DNA of 64,000 nucleotides from Candidatus Bathyarchaeota archaeon (GTDB taxonomy: Archaea; Thermoproteota; Bathyarchaeia; Bathyarchaeales; Bathycorpusculaceae): assembly GCA_963806535.1 (NCBI GenBank), contig CAWDYC010000003.1, forward strand, positions 128,001 through 192,000, given 5' to 3'. Position 1 is the stretch's first letter. Every line of letters begins with the position of its first letter. Under the pieces are notes generated by a model. The model did no database searches. It saw only the letters and a program-made list of their open reading frames with translations, and was not told the DNA's origin. Positions 45,422 to 57,565 of the stretch are shown here, piece after piece. Both the position numbers and the translations under genes were made by a program.

Positions 45422-46929
45422 ATGGAAGAAGCAATACAGAAACTTGACGCATTCTTCAACCCACATTCAGTAGCCGTTATCGGCGCCACAAAAAAAGTTG
45501 ACAAAGCAGGTCACGTCATTTTCAAAAATTTTGCAACTAACAAGGAACGCGGAGTTTTCAAAGGAGAACTCTACCCTGTTAATCCAGGCGAAGATTCAAT
45601 TTTAGGTTTCAAATGTTACCACTCACTATGTAATATTCCAAGCGAAGTCGAATTAATTGTTGTTATCATTCCTGCTAAAGCTGTACCCGCCATCATGGAA
45701 GAAGCTGTTTCCAAAAAAGTCAAAGCTGCAATCATAATCAGCTCAGGCTTCAAAGAAGTTGGCAACACAGAACTTGAAGAACAAGTTGTAGCTAGCGGCG
45801 AAAAAAGGCGGAATACGCGTTTTAGGACCCAACTGCTTAGGCAGTCTACTACTCAAAAACAGGAATTGACACGCTGTTCCTACCAGAAACAAAAGTTTTA
45901 ACCACAGGCGAAGAAGTGGTGGCTACTCCAAGACCATTGCCAGGCAACATTGCCATGATCACCCAAAGCGGCGCCTTCGGAGTCGCAGCCCTAGACTACT
46001 TGACTGGGCGCCAGATGGGCGTCAGCAAATTCGTGAGCTTCGGAAACAAATGCGACGTCACTGAATCCGACATTCTTCATTACCTACTCCACGACAAAGA
46101 AACCAAAGTCATCCTTGTTTATTTGGAAGATGTCAAATCTGGACGGGAATTCCTAAGGATAGCCAAGAAAGTTACGGCTAAAAAACCCGTCGTCGTCATC
46201 AAGTCAGGTAGAAGCGCGGCAGGCTCAAGAGCCGCTGCTTCACACACAGGCGCCATTGCAGGCTCAGACAAAATCTACGATGCCGCGTTTGAGCAGGGTG
46301 GAGTTATTAGAGCTCGTGACATGGAGGAGTTTTTTGACATCGGAAAAGCCTTAGCCATGCAGCCGCCAGCCATAGGCAAAAACATTGGTATACTTACCGA
46401 TGCAGGTGGACCAGGCGTCATGACCGTTGACGAATGCGAAGCTTTAGGCTTAACAGTGGACCGTTTCTCTGATGAAGCAATTCAGAAATTCCAGGAACTA
46501 AAAGACCAAAATATCATCTTAAAGATTGCAGCTACCTCAAATCCCGTTGACCTTACCGGTTCAGTGACTGATGACATGTTTGTTATGGCTGCTGACTTGA
46601 TGTTCCAAGACCCACAGATCTACGGCATAATCCTTCTTGGGCTTCATCATATGCCAGGACTCCGAGAAGTATACATTGACGGCATAGTGAAAGTAGCCTC
46701 AAATTACACTAAGCCCATCGTCATGTGCGACATTGGCGAAACAGAAATGGCCCTCTACACACGCTCACGCTTTGACAAACTCGGCGTTCCCTCGTTCTCA
46801 TCGCCTGAGGATGCAGCACGCGCCATGAAAGCGCTTGTAACCTACGGCGCATACCTAAAAAGAAACAATTGCGCAGACGAATACATTGCATCCTTAAAGA
46901 AAACGGGCAGCACTACAGGTCAACGATAA
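45422..46929 (+). CDS. acdA: Acetate/acyl-CoA ligase (ADP-forming) alpha subunit, frameshifted
   Basis: FNPHSVAVIGA, YPVNP, TQSGAFG, SFGNKCD, AASHTGAIAG and NPVDLTG motifs. Confidence 0.9.
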
Positions 46930-47316
46930 CAGTTACTTCATTGCCATCCACTATCTTCAGGCGTTCACGCAAATACCAAGGAGCAATAACCTCTAAAACA
47001 TCGCTTGGATAATGGGGAACTTGTGGAATAATAATTGCACAATCTAAACCATCTATAGACGCTTTGATTAACGTTCCCTTGCAGTAGCCCTTCTCTGGGT
47101 AAATCTCAAGATGATTGGCGTTTTTAAGCAGTTTTTTTTGCTTTTCGCACTTCTTTTGATCAGACGGATGTTTAATGTTCCACTGTACGGTGTAAAACCA
47201 AGTTTTTCCTCTATCTGCCTTTTAACCCATGGCAATTCAATAAATTTGCGTCCTTCGCCCTTGCCAGAAAAAACAGTGCCTTTGAACACTATTTTTTGCA
47301 AAGCGATAGCCTTCAA
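46913..47316 (-). CDS. ribK: CTP-dependent riboflavin kinase (DUF120), frameshifted
   Basis: GTVFSGKGEGRKF and LGFTPYSGTLN; LEVIAP read downstream. Confidence 0.88.
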
Positions 47317-47321
47317 GAGGC

Positions 47322-47694
47322 TTAATGTTTTTGTTCTTTTAGCCATTCAGCTACTCTGGTTAGAACAGGATCAGTTGATATGTCAACGACTGGCACAATC
47401 ATTTTTTCTTTAGTTTCAATCGTCTGCGCATATTTTGGCATAAGCGAGTAACCTACAAAGGTCCAGTAAACCTTGCCGTTTTCTAAGAGTTCTTTAGCCA
47501 CTACAGCTGTTGAAGCGGGAAGCGGAAAATACAGGAAGACAACGCCGTCAACCCAGTATAGCCCAGCTAGTTTGCCGCCTGCTATCACCGATGTGAATCT
47601 TGCGATGTCTTCAGGCGTGTTGAAAAAAGTTTTTTCCATAATTACAATTTTCTTAAAAGGCTCATATGTAGATTGATACTTCAGGTTTACTCAT
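47322..47694 (-). CDS. Conserved archaeal hypothetical protein (5' frameshift)
   Basis: YEPFKKIVIME...LYWVDGVVF...IVPVVD. Confidence 0.7.
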
Positions 47695-47826
47695 AACCTT
47701 ACACCAATTAGTTAGCTATTGTGTCGGCGGCTCCCTTTTAATTTTGTCATAAATTTAGAAAAAGTTATAGCGTAGGCGAACATTAAGCCTTCACTAACAC
47801 ATACATCTTGGATGGTTAATCGTTTC

Positions 47827-48914
47827 ATGCCTGAAATTCGCGTAGCACTTATCGGCGTTGGCAACAGCGCATCAGCCCTGATTCAGGGAACCCAATACTA
47901 TAAAGACGCAAAAGAAAACACGACCGTGCCAGGACTAATGCACGTAAACTATGGTGGATACCACATCAGAGATATCCATTTTGTTGCCGCCTTTGAAGTT
48001 AACAAAGACAAAATTGGCAAAGACCTCTCAGAAGCCATCTGGGTTAAACCTAACGTGCTGCGAAAAATTCGCTGATGTCCCAATTTAGGCGTAAAAGTTT
48101 CTCCAGCCCCAATCCTTGACGGCGTCGCACCTCACATGCGAGAAACCTTCAACGTTTACGACGACAGCAAAACCACCAAAGAAAGCGTCGTCAAAGTTCT
48201 CAAAGAAACCAAAACACAAGTTCTCGTTAATTATCTTCCAGTCGGAAGCCATGACGCAGTCCGATTTTATGCTCAATGCGCAATTGATGCGGGATGCGCC
48301 TTTGTGAACTGCATGCCTGAATTCATCGGCTCAGACAAAACGGGGAGTGGCCAAAGAAATTCGAGAAAGCAGGTTTACCAGTTCTTGGTGACGACATAAA
48401 AAGCCAAGTTGGCGCCACAATTCTTGCACCGCACTCTTGTTCGGTTATGTTTAGACCGAGGTGTCATTGTGGATGAAACTTACCAGCTTAAATCTTGGCG
48501 GAGACACAGACTTCCAAAACATGACTGTGGAAAACCGTCTTACCTCAAAACGCATCAGCAAAACCGAAGCCGTCACAAGCCTTGTTCCCTACGCTTTGCC
48601 AACAAGAATTGGACCATCAGATTTCGTGCCTTTCCTGAAAAACAAGAAAATCTGCTACATCTCACTTAAAACCCGACGCATTCGGCGACCGCCCAATTAA
48701 CATCAGCGTCAAACTGGAAGTGGAAGATTCCCCAAACAGCGCAGGCGTAGTCATCGATTTGATTCGTGCAGCAAAAATTGCATTAGACCGCAAAATTGCT
48801 GGTGCCCTGCTAAGCATGCCGTCTTACGCGTTTAAGCATCCGCCTGTTCAGGTGCCTGATTCACAAGCTCGGCAATGGACGGAAGATTGGATAGCAGGCA
48901 AACGAGAACGCTAA
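47827..48914 (+). CDS. ino1: Myo-inositol-1-phosphate synthase, frameshifted
   Basis: [31 protein letters not shown] and EDSPNSAG motifs. Confidence 0.93.
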
Positions 48915-48999
48915 GCCGTTCCCACTTTTCTTCTTTGTGAAACCTTTTAATGTTTGAATTGAACAGGATAAATACATCAATATTTAGAAGGTTCAAATC

Positions 49000-49417
49000 A
49001 TGGTAAAAGTTGAAGCATACGAAGTGCCAGAAGGCCTTTACTACTCTAAAGATTTTGAATGGATAAAAATCGAAGGCGACAAAGTTCGCATGGGCATCAC
49101 CGACTACGCGCAGAAATCGCTTAGAGAAATTGTTTACGCTGAATTGCCAAGCGTTGGAACAGAAGTGAAACAAGGCGAGCCTTATGGAACACTGGAATCT
49201 GTTAAAGCCGTTTCAGACCTTGTTGCAGCCATAAGCGGAACAATCCAAGAAGTTAACGAAGAAGTCCAATCAAAACCCGAAACTCTCAACGAAGACCCAT
49301 ATGAAAAAGGCTGGTTAATTGTTGTTAAACCTTCAAACTTGCAGGCAGAGCTTGCAAACCTGATGGATTTCAACGGCGCTGTTGAGTGGCATAAAGCTCA
49401 AGCCCAAAATCAAATAA
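49000..49417 (+). CDS. gcvH: Glycine cleavage system H protein
   Basis: GITDYAQ, ESVKAVSD lipoyl-lysine site and DPYEKGW. Confidence 0.93.
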
Positions 49418-49434
49418 GCAGAAGGCAAAGTTGG

Positions 49435-50782
49435 ATGGCAAGACGCATAATTGTTATTGGAGCTAACGCATCAGGCGTAGAGGCAGCTTCAGCCGCACGC
49501 AAAAAAGACCGCACAGCCGAAATCACATTGGTCACTCAAGAAAAAAATGCAGGTTACTCACGCTGCGGCTTACCCTTTGTCATTGGCGGGCAAATCGCGA
49601 AATTTACCGACTTAATTGTTTACCCACCAGCATACTTTCAAATGTTAAAGCTCAATTTACGCTGCGAAACAAAAGCCACAGCAATCAACACCAAAGAAAA
49701 AACCGTAACCATCGCATCCAAAGAGGGAGCCACCGAAGTTTTGCCCTACGACAGCCTAGTAATTGCTACTGGCGCTGACTCTTTCATGCCGCCGATTAAA
49801 GGCAAAGAAAAAGCTGGAATCCTAAGCCTCCGAGGCATCGAAGACGGCGAAAAAATCGATGCCGCAGTCAAAGCAGGCGCAAAATCAGCAGTTATTATGG
49901 GTGCTGGCTTAATCGGTTTGGAAGTCGGCGTGGCTTTGATGGAGAAAGGCTTGAAAGTTACTGTCGTGGAAATGCTGCCGCAAATTTTGCCTCAGTTGCT
50001 TGATGCTGACATGGCAAAGCATGGTTCAAGAACATTTAGAACAGAAAGGCATGCGCATATTAACCAGCAAAGGCGTCGAAGAATTCCTTGGTGAAGACAA
50101 AGTTACAGCAGTTAAAGCAGGCGGCGAAACGATTGAGGCTGACCTGTTCATCAGCGCTTTCGGCGTGAGAGCAAACACAAAGCTCGCAGTTGATGCTGGA
50201 ATTCCGTTGGGTGAAACCCGCGCAATTAAAACTAATGGACGCATGGAAACAGACGTAAAAGATGTTTACGCTGTCGGCGACTGCGCTGAAGCCCCAAACA
50301 TAATCACTCATCGCCCCATGTGCGCTCAACTTGGCACCATTGCGGTTCGTCAAGGCAAAGTAGCTGGAGCAAACGCTGGAGGAGACTATTCACAGTTTTC
50401 AGGGATTTTAGCTTCCGCAGTCACAATGCTTTTTGAGATTGAAGCAGGAAACACAGGCTTAACCGAAACAGCAGCTGCACGCAACCGAATCGAAGTCGTC
50501 ACTGGAGCCATCAGCAGCAAGACCAAAGCAGATTATTTCCCAGGCGCCAAACCAATCAAAGTAAAACTTGTTGTTGAAAAAGAATCCCAACGCATCATCG
50601 GCGGACAAGTCATCGGCGGAGAAGAAGTGACCCAACGCATAAACTGCCTCAGCTTCGCCATCCAAAAAGGCATGACCGTACGAGAACTCGCCAAAGCAGA
50701 CACAGCCTATGCGCCACCGCTCTGCGAAACATGGGAACCCATGGTTCTAGCCGCAGAAATGGTACTAATGAAACTGCGGTAA
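49435..50782 (+). CDS. NADH oxidase / CoA-disulfide reductase family flavoprotein, frameshifted
   Basis: YSRCGLP, ATG, GAGLIGLE, YAVGDC and AYAPP motifs. Confidence 0.9.
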
Positions 50783-50876
50783 ATACAATTTTCTTATTTC
50801 TTTTTTAGAGTTTGAGGCTGTTCTTTTTAACCTAAAACTTATATTTTATGACGCGAAATCAAGAAGTGGTGTCTTT

Positions 50877-51095
50877 TTGACTTGTTGGAAATGGTTCAAT
50901 AGTGTTTTAAAAGAAGCGGATGTGCAGTTAACAAGCGACAATCAGGAAAAGGTTGACAAAATCATTCACAAATACATTGGCGATCAATCTAGTTACGGAC
51001 ATTGTTCTCCAGATTGGAAGAAGGCGAGTAAAGAAATTAAGTCAAATTCAGAAATGAGAAACGAACTCGTCTCAAAACTAAAAGCAATGAAGTAA
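50877..51095 (+). CDS. Hypothetical protein
   Basis: 72-aa ORF preceded by a GGTG SD-like site. Confidence 0.6.
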   Translation: MTCWKWFNSVLKEADVQLTSDNQEKVDKIIHKYIGDQSSYGHCSPDWKKASKEIKSNSEMRNELVSKLKAMK

Positions 51096-51155
51096 CTTCG
51101 CAGCACAGTTTCTTTTAAACCTGACGAACTAAGGAATTTGGTTATCCTCTATCAA

Positions 51156-51886
51156 TCATTTTGGATGACCAGCCACTGTGAGGTAAATTACGCTCTCTTC
51201 TTCTCCATCTAAATCTAAGATTGAGTTAATTTCGTCGTCAAAGAAAGCTCCGACTTGGCAGGACCCACAAGTGATACTTGTGGCTGCTAAAGCCAGATTT
51301 TGTGCAATGTGTCCAGCGTCCAAGTAAACGTATCTGTAGGCTCTTTGAGCATATTTCCATTTTGACCTGTTAAACATAGCTGTCCAGATGAAGACCACTG
51401 GAGCGATTGCACATATCGTCTGATCTAAGGCTGCATGAGCTATAGCATCGCCAAAATTTCCAGTCTTAATTTCTTCTAAACTGTGATCTTTTATGTTGTA
51501 ATGGTAAATGCCTTTATCCACATCTTCGACGTTATTTACTCCAACGTATGTCTCGATTGGATATAATGCGCCAGCTGACGGAGCATTACGAAAATCGTAG
51601 CCATGTTCTATTCTTTGGATACCGGTAGACGCCCAAAGCAGAAAACCCAAATCTAATTTACTCAATGGTTGGGAAGAAAAGGCGCGTAGTACTTCGTCGT
51701 CTTTGTAGAGCATCAATGAAGGTAGCAGATACCTCTGATACCTGACTTGGCAATCTTACTATTTTGCTGTGTATGATAGCTTTTGTAAGTCTCTGGCTTG
51801 TTCGACCAATCCAAGTTGCCGCCAAAACCTTGGTTGCGAACATATTTGGTTTCTTTCTGAAAATTGTCTCCAACAGGTGTTCCCAT
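51156..51886 (-). CDS. SagB/ThcOx-type nitroreductase, frameshifted
   Basis: RRS, PSAGALYP, KY..RAYRY..LDAGH and GAFFD motifs. Confidence 0.9.
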
Positions 51887-52274
51887 AATTTAACCTCTTC
51901 TTGAATTAGTTTTCTCCAGAGTTAGAACAAGTCTATTCAAAATAAACGATGTCAAATAAGTCGCCAATCATTCTCTTTATCTGAAGTTGTATTTAATCAA
52001 ATTGTTTTCTAAGCTTTATGAAGTGCCGGTTTTGTTTTTTCAAAAGAGACCATCTAAAAATAGACATTAGCCCATTTTAAGGAAAACTATTGTTGCGTTA
52101 GAGTTACAAAGCTTCATGTTAAGGCATTCATAATAGGATTTGGCGTAGGAAACAAGCTGTTGTTTTTAAGATGTTAATTCTGAAGTTTTAAGTTGAAATA
52201 TGAAAAAGAACTAGACCATTGCTAAACGCTTTTATCTTACAAATCTCGCTTGAAAGTCCATAAAGGTTTGACCT

Positions 52275-52454
52275 ATGGTCGAAATTAAAGTCAGTGAAAA
52301 ATGCACTGGATGCGAAACATGCGTAAACGTTTGCCCAGTCTGTGTTTACGAGATGAAAGACGGCAAATCTGTTCCTGTTAGAGTAAGCGATTGCGTAGTA
52401 TGCCGAACATGCGAATCTTCCTGCCCAGAAGGCGCTATAACGGTAACAGAATAA
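52275..52454 (+). CDS. 2[4Fe-4S] ferredoxin (59 aa, below the ORF-track cutoff)
   Basis: Manual translation MVEIKVSEKCTGCETCVNVCPVCVYEMKDGKSVPVRVSDCVVCRTCESSCPEGAITVTE. Confidence 0.92.
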   Translation: MVEIKVSEKCTGCETCVNVCPVCVYEMKDGKSVPVRVSDCVVCRTCESSCPEGAITVTE

Positions 52455-52642
52455 ACTTTTGTGCACCAAATAGAAAAGCCACTAGATTAGAGCAAAAAGA
52501 AACCCTTTTTACCTTACTTTTTTCTTCTAATGAAATATGGTTATTTTTAGTTTTTTCCGGCTGTATCTGGTTTGCCAAACATTTTCCGAGTCTTTATTTT
52601 GTTGTGTTTTTTAGATGGATAAGTTGCCTGATGGCACTGGTT

Positions 52643-54457
52643 TTAGATGAGGTAGGCTTCTGTGATGTATCTGCGCACAACCCATTGAGTCTGGAAATAA
52701 TAGGCTATTTTTGCAATTGAGTTTTTCATGAGTGTTATCCAAGCATCTTTCTGCGTGTAGAATGTGGGGATGATCAGGTATTCGAGTTTGCTGTAGAGGT
52801 CTTGGAGTTCTAATTCTCTTCTTTCACTTTCGACCAGCAGTTCTGAGGGATGAGGACCTATCGCCCAGCCAGTTACACCTTCGATGCAGCCTTCCATCCA
52901 CCAACCGTCTAGAACACTGAAGTTTACAACGCCGTTGTGGGCTGCTTTCATGCCGCTGGTTCCAGATGCTTCAAAAGGTGGCAAAGGAGTGTTAAGCCAG
53001 ACATCAACGCCTGAGGTAAGTTTGGCTGCAATATCCATGTTGTAGTTTTCTAAGTAAACTATGCTGATTTGGTCTTTCAGTTTATTTGCATAGTCATGTA
53101 TTTGTTTTATGAGTTTTTTGCCGTCGGTGTCGTTTGGATGTGCTTTTCCAGCGAATATCATTTGGATTTTTTCTTTCCGATTAATATCGGTTAACCTGTG
53201 CAGGTCAGAGAAAATTAACGTTGCACGTTTGTAACCTGTAAATCTTCTAGCAAAACCTAATGTCAAGGCTTGTGGATCCAATTGGACCCCGTTGGCTTTT
53301 TCAACGTAAGCTAGTAGGTTTGCTTTTGCTTTAGTGTGTGCATCCCATACATCTCGGTTGGGAATTTCGCTTGCTTTTGCAAGCAGAATAGGTTCGTTGG
53401 TCCAGCCTGGAATGTATTTGTCGAAGAGCTGTCTGAAATATACGTTCGTCCATGTGAAAGAGTGAACTCCGTTAGTGACTGCTCTGATGTATCTACCTGG
53501 AAAAAGTTTTCTCGAGAAATCCACATGTGCCAAAGAAACCCCGTTAATGTATTTGCTCAAGTTTAACGCCAGAAAAGCCATGTTTAGATTTTCTGTTCCA
53601 GCATATTGCTCCATGTCAGCCCGCAAGTATTCGTTCCCTAAAACCTGTTGGACAAGATCATATGAGAATTGGTCAAATGCAGCTTCAACAGGGCTATGTG
53701 TGGTGAAAACACAGAGGTTTCGAACTTTCTCTGAATCCATGCCGTTCTCTTTCAGCAGTTCAAGCGTTAAAAGGCTGGAGTGGCCTTCGTTCATATGGTA
53801 CTTTCTGATTTTGAACGGCAGTTTTTTCAGAAGCCTTGTACCTGCAATTCCCAAAACGATCTCTTGTTTTAATCTGTAGGTTTTGTCGCCGCCATACAGT
53901 GAATCTGTGATTCTTCTGTCTTCAGGAGCATTTCCCTCCATGTCGGTATCCAAAAAGAGGATCGGAACCATACCGCCCGTGATGCTCTGGTATTCATAGA
54001 GCCAAGCTTGCACTTTAACTGGGCGCCCTTCAATATTCACTGTAACTGTGTTAGGCATTCGGCTAAGGGTTTTTGCAGGGTCCCATTCGTCTGGGAACTC
54101 AAGTTGCTCTCCTTGCTCAGTTATTTTTTGCCTAAAGTAGCCTTTTCTGCTTGCAAGCGTGATGGCAACCATCTGTAGGCGCAGGTCTGCACTGGATTTC
54201 ACTATGTCCCCTGCTAAGACGCCTAAGCCTCCGCTGTAGGTTGGCATGTTATTGGATACGCCTATTTCCATGGAGAAATAAGCAATTCGAGGGTCTTCTT
54301 GGAAGTGGCGTCGGCAGTTTTCACTGCAGAAGCAGATTTTTTTGCCGCCAAAACTATCGCATGCTGCTTGGACTCCTGCAACAGGGTTCTCCGTATCAAT
54401 CTGGATTCCACAAACGGGGCATCTTAGAGAAGCAGGATTATCCAAAGCAGGCACCAT
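52643..54457 (-). CDS. glgP: Alpha-glucan phosphorylase with N-terminal YHS/TRASH-like domain
   Basis: YFSMEIG, YSGGLG, NEGH, FARR..YKR and EASGTSGMK motifs; CPVCG...FCSENC at the N-terminus. Confidence 0.92.
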   Translation of the reverse strand: MVPALDNPASLRCPVCGIQIDTENPVAGVQAACDSFGGKKICFCSENCRRHFQEDPRIAYFSMEIGVSNNMPTYSGGLGVLAGDIVKSSADLRLQMVAITLASRKGYFRQKITEQGEQLEFPDEWDPAKTLSRMPNTVTVNIEGRPVKVQAWLYEYQSITGGMVPILFLDTDMEGNAPEDRRITDSLYGGDKTYRLKQEIVLGIAGTRLLKKLPFKIRKYHMNEGHSSLLTLELLKENGMDSEKVRNLCVFTTHSPVEAAFDQFSYDLVQQVLGNEYLRADMEQYAGTENLNMAFLALNLSKYINGVSLAHVDFSRKLFPGRYIRAVTNGVHSFTWTNVYFRQLFDKYIPGWTNEPILLAKASEIPNRDVWDAHTKAKANLLAYVEKANGVQLDPQALTLGFARRFTGYKRATLIFSDLHRLTDINRKEKIQMIFAGKAHPNDTDGKKLIKQIHDYANKLKDQISIVYLENYNMDIAAKLTSGVDVWLNTPLPPFEASGTSGMKAAHNGVVNFSVLDGWWMEGCIEGVTGWAIGPHPSELLVESERRELELQDLYSKLEYLIIPTFYTQKDAWITLMKNSIAKIAYYFQTQWVVRRYITEAYLI

Positions 54458-54573
54458 CGAAGAAAAACCATTCGTTCAACATTGATATATGTGTATTGCT
54501 AGGATGTAAGCGCTCGCAGCCTTTAGTGTATTAGATTTTCTTGTTGAAACCGCGTTGAGCGGTCAACTTTTGT

Positions 54574-55032
54574 TTATTCTATTTTGGATATTCCCGGCTG
54601 AGTGAACGGCTCAGTAAAACCGACGAGGAGTTTTCCGAAAGTGTTGATATGATTTTCTTCTTCAGCAAGAATTTCTTCAAGTAGCCGTCTTGTTGTGTAA
54701 TCGCCTTCTTGTGCTGCGACTTGAATTGCCTGTTTGTAGAGGTTTATGGCTTTTTCTTCATCTTGCTCGTCTTGTTTTAGCATTTCGATGAGGCTGCCTG
54801 TGACGAAAATCGGGTCTGGTTTGGTTGTGGGTACGCCGTCTAGGTAGTCTAGGCGTTCTGCAAGGCGTTCGGCATGTTTCATTTCGGCGATGGCGGTTTT
54901 GCGGAAAATGTCTTCTACAAGTGCGCCGTCCATGCCTGTGACTTGAACGTGCTGCCACATGTATTGTATGCTGACTTGGAGTTCACGGGCTATGCCTTTG
55001 TTTAAAAATTCTAAGAGTTTTTGAGAAACCAA
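54574..55032 (-). CDS. Bacterioferritin-like protein
   Basis: E...QY, EMKHAE and EEENH di-iron motifs. Confidence 0.9.
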   Translation of the reverse strand: MVSQKLLEFLNKGIARELQVSIQYMWQHVQVTGMDGALVEDIFRKTAIAEMKHAERLAERLDYLDGVPTTKPDPIFVTGSLIEMLKQDEQDEEKAINLYKQAIQVAAQEGDYTTRRLLEEILAEEENHINTFGKLLVGFTEPFTQPGISKIE

Positions 55033-55377
55033 AAAATATCACCACAAAAAATTAGGTTGGTTTGATATATAAATTAAACTCAACCAATGCCGACTGACTG
55101 ATTACTACTCTTCTCACTCTCAGTTCAGAATATACCTATGCCTCTATGCAAACAAACACAATTGCACATTTGAATTTGCTTACCTCATGGACAACAAACC
55201 CCACTGAAGAATCACTTAAACCCAAGAGATTAATGGATTCAGAATTCATAAACTACATATTTCCGATTTAACAGGTAAATTCTCACATTAGGGTCATATG
55301 CAACACAAGGAGCCAAAAAATAGCAAATTCCAAAACGTAGCAATCTATACGAAGAGCTTTAACTAAGACTGAAACTG

Positions 55378-56517
55378 TTGCGAACTGACTCAGGATTATC
55401 AGAAAAAAATATGCTAACTCAACTGGTCGTATCTGTATCAATTGCGCTTCAATTTGCGGCGGCAATCTACGCGTTACTACTCATTAAGGTGACAGGTAAA
55501 CAATATGCTTGGATATTGATTTCAGTAGCCCTTTTCCTCATGGGAATAAGACGATTGATTCCATTATATTATTCGATTGTTACACCTGCTAGCTACCCTC
55601 TCGACCTAACCAATGAATTAATTGGACTTTCCCTATCTTTACTAATGCTGCTCGGGGTGATTGGAATTGGCCCAATATTTAACGAGCGTAAACAAATTCA
55701 GAAAAGACTCCATCAATACTCCCAAGAACTAGAAAAAACAGTTGAAGCCAGAACAATAGACTTAAAAGAAGCAAACTCCCGTTTATTAAGCGCTAAACGA
55801 CTTGCAACCATAGGTGAACTTGCTGGAATGGTTGGACATGACCTTCGCAATCCGTTAGCAGCTATAAAAAACGCTACCTATCTTTTGAAAAAGAAAAGTG
55901 CTAATATTTCTGAAACCGACGCTAAAGCGATGATTGAAATCATCGAGAAAGGAATTGACCATTCAGACAAGATTATTTGTAATCTTCAGGATTATTCTGG
56001 TGAAATTCATCTGAAACAAAAAGAAACCGGGCTTAGGAATTTGCTGATTCAGGCTTTGGCTAAGGTGAAAATCCCTGAAAAAATAACAATTATGAATAAT
56101 ATTCCAAGCGAAATCAGCATAAAAATAGATCCGGATAAGATAGAGTGCGTTTTCGTCAACATCAGCAAGAATGCGATAGACGCAATGCCCAACGGAGGAA
56201 CATTTATTGTAAAGTACAAACAGGTATTGGAAAACGTTGAAATCTCCTTTGCCGATACTGGCGTTGGCATTCCTGAAGAGATCCTGCCGAAGATTTTCAA
56301 TCCATTGTTCACTACGAAGGCACAGGGCATGGGCTTCGGATTAGCCATAAGTAAACGGATAGTTGAAGCTCACGGAGGAAAAATTATATTTGTAACCTCA
56401 AAAGGAGAAGGAACAACGTTCACGGTAACGTTGCCTTTGGAGTCTAAACTGAGAACTGAGGATGCAAAGGTCTGGGTAGACCAACCAGAACCCATGTCAG
56501 CAATTAATGACCAATGA
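55378..56517 (+). CDS. Membrane-bound sensor histidine kinase
   Basis: Three TM helices; HDLRNPL H-box; NAIDA, DTGVG, FTTK..GMGFGL boxes. Confidence 0.93.
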   Translation: MRTDSGLSEKNMLTQLVVSVSIALQFAAAIYALLLIKVTGKQYAWILISVALFLMGIRRLIPLYYSIVTPASYPLDLTNELIGLSLSLLMLLGVIGIGPIFNERKQIQKRLHQYSQELEKTVEARTIDLKEANSRLLSAKRLATIGELAGMVGHDLRNPLAAIKNATYLLKKKSANISETDAKAMIEIIEKGIDHSDKIICNLQDYSGEIHLKQKETGLRNLLIQALAKVKIPEKITIMNNIPSEISIKIDPDKIECVFVNISKNAIDAMPNGGTFIVKYKQVLENVEISFADTGVGIPEEILPKIFNPLFTTKAQGMGFGLAISKRIVEAHGGKIIFVTSKGEGTTFTVTLPLESKLRTEDAKVWVDQPEPMSAINDQ

Positions 56518-56690
56518 AAAACTGACCAACCCCAACTTCTTAAAGATACTCAGCTTAATTGCATTTTCCACTTCACTCGAAATTACTCCGTCCTGTGTGC
56601 CATATCTTTCAAATTGATGTTTGGATTTTTTGAATACAAACTCTTCTAAAAGTTGAGAAACAAAATTCTAATATTAACCAATGCAATTTC

Positions 56691-57062
56691 TTAATCCAAA
56701 CAGCTTAAATTGGGCATAACATAAGCAAACTGTGCGGGCCAATCGTCTAGCCTGGTTAGGACGTTGGCTTTACACGCCAAAGGTCGCCGGTTCAACTCCG
56801 GCTCGGCCCACTCCTGATTCCCAAAAGCAGCTTGATTTAAGGTTTTTTGATTTTGTTGACCGTTACTAAATTCCGTAACGCCGTTACAGTTTTCCGTAAC
56901 GTTTAACCCAGAGTTATCAAGCAAAGCAAGTGCATCGCGCATTTGTGCTTTTTTGGCTTTTATGCGATGACGCAATACACGACTATAATCTGCATCAAAG
57001 CTTTCAGGGGACTCTAAGAACTTGTAGTTCGTATTTTGCTTAGCATTTTTTCCATTCCTCAA
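56691..57062 (-). pseudogene. Putative N-terminal fragment of an SSV-type split integrase reading into tRNA-Val
   Basis: ORF runs open antisense through the tRNA (WAEPELNRRPLACKANVL); no catalytic motifs visible, so the call rests on geometry. Confidence 0.55.
56736..56810 (+). tRNA. tRNA-Val(TAC)
   Basis: GGGCCAA...TTGGC TTTACAC GCCAA...GGTTCAACTCC...TCGGCCCA cloverleaf with one A-C mismatch in the acceptor stem. Confidence 0.92.
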
Positions 57063-57565
57063 TTAATGCAAGAAGCTAATCGTCTATTTAACACCTTGAT
57101 TGTACGCATTTTTACGCTATTAACTTTTTACGGTGTTTAATCACCGTGCGGAAGCACACCGCCTTTTAACTCAGAGGTGAAAAGGCATCAGTTGGCTTCC
57201 CTGTTTAGGGGCCCATTTTGCTTTGTTGTTTCTACGACGTTCAAAAGCCGTGTAGAAAGCAACAGTGCCACTCAGGCTTGAATAGCAAAAAGACAAAACA
57301 ACTTGCCAAAACCTTATTTGTGCTAATAATCCTCAAAACGTAATGCTTATAAAGTAAAGTGTAGTGTACATATATTAAAACAAACGCTACCTATAGAGTT
57401 AAGTGTCCGCCGCTCTAAAAGTGCGCCTTGTTAATGAAACATGGAAGGCTTAAAAAATGTGCGGACACGAGAAATATACAACAAAAAAAAGTAAAATTTT
57501 TACAACTAAGCTGGTTTTTTCATCCAGATTAAATGACACCGAACTTTCATTTGGAATGACGCCGA

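Noticed and set aside
49000-50094. GcvH-NADH oxidase fusion
   Set aside because: An out-of-frame TAA at 49415 and a separate ATG at 49435 indicate two genes joined by an indel.
141-51886. Mass pseudogenisation suggested by many split ORFs
   Set aside because: Single-base shifts hit essential and accessory genes alike while motifs stay intact, which fits long-read indel error better than decay.
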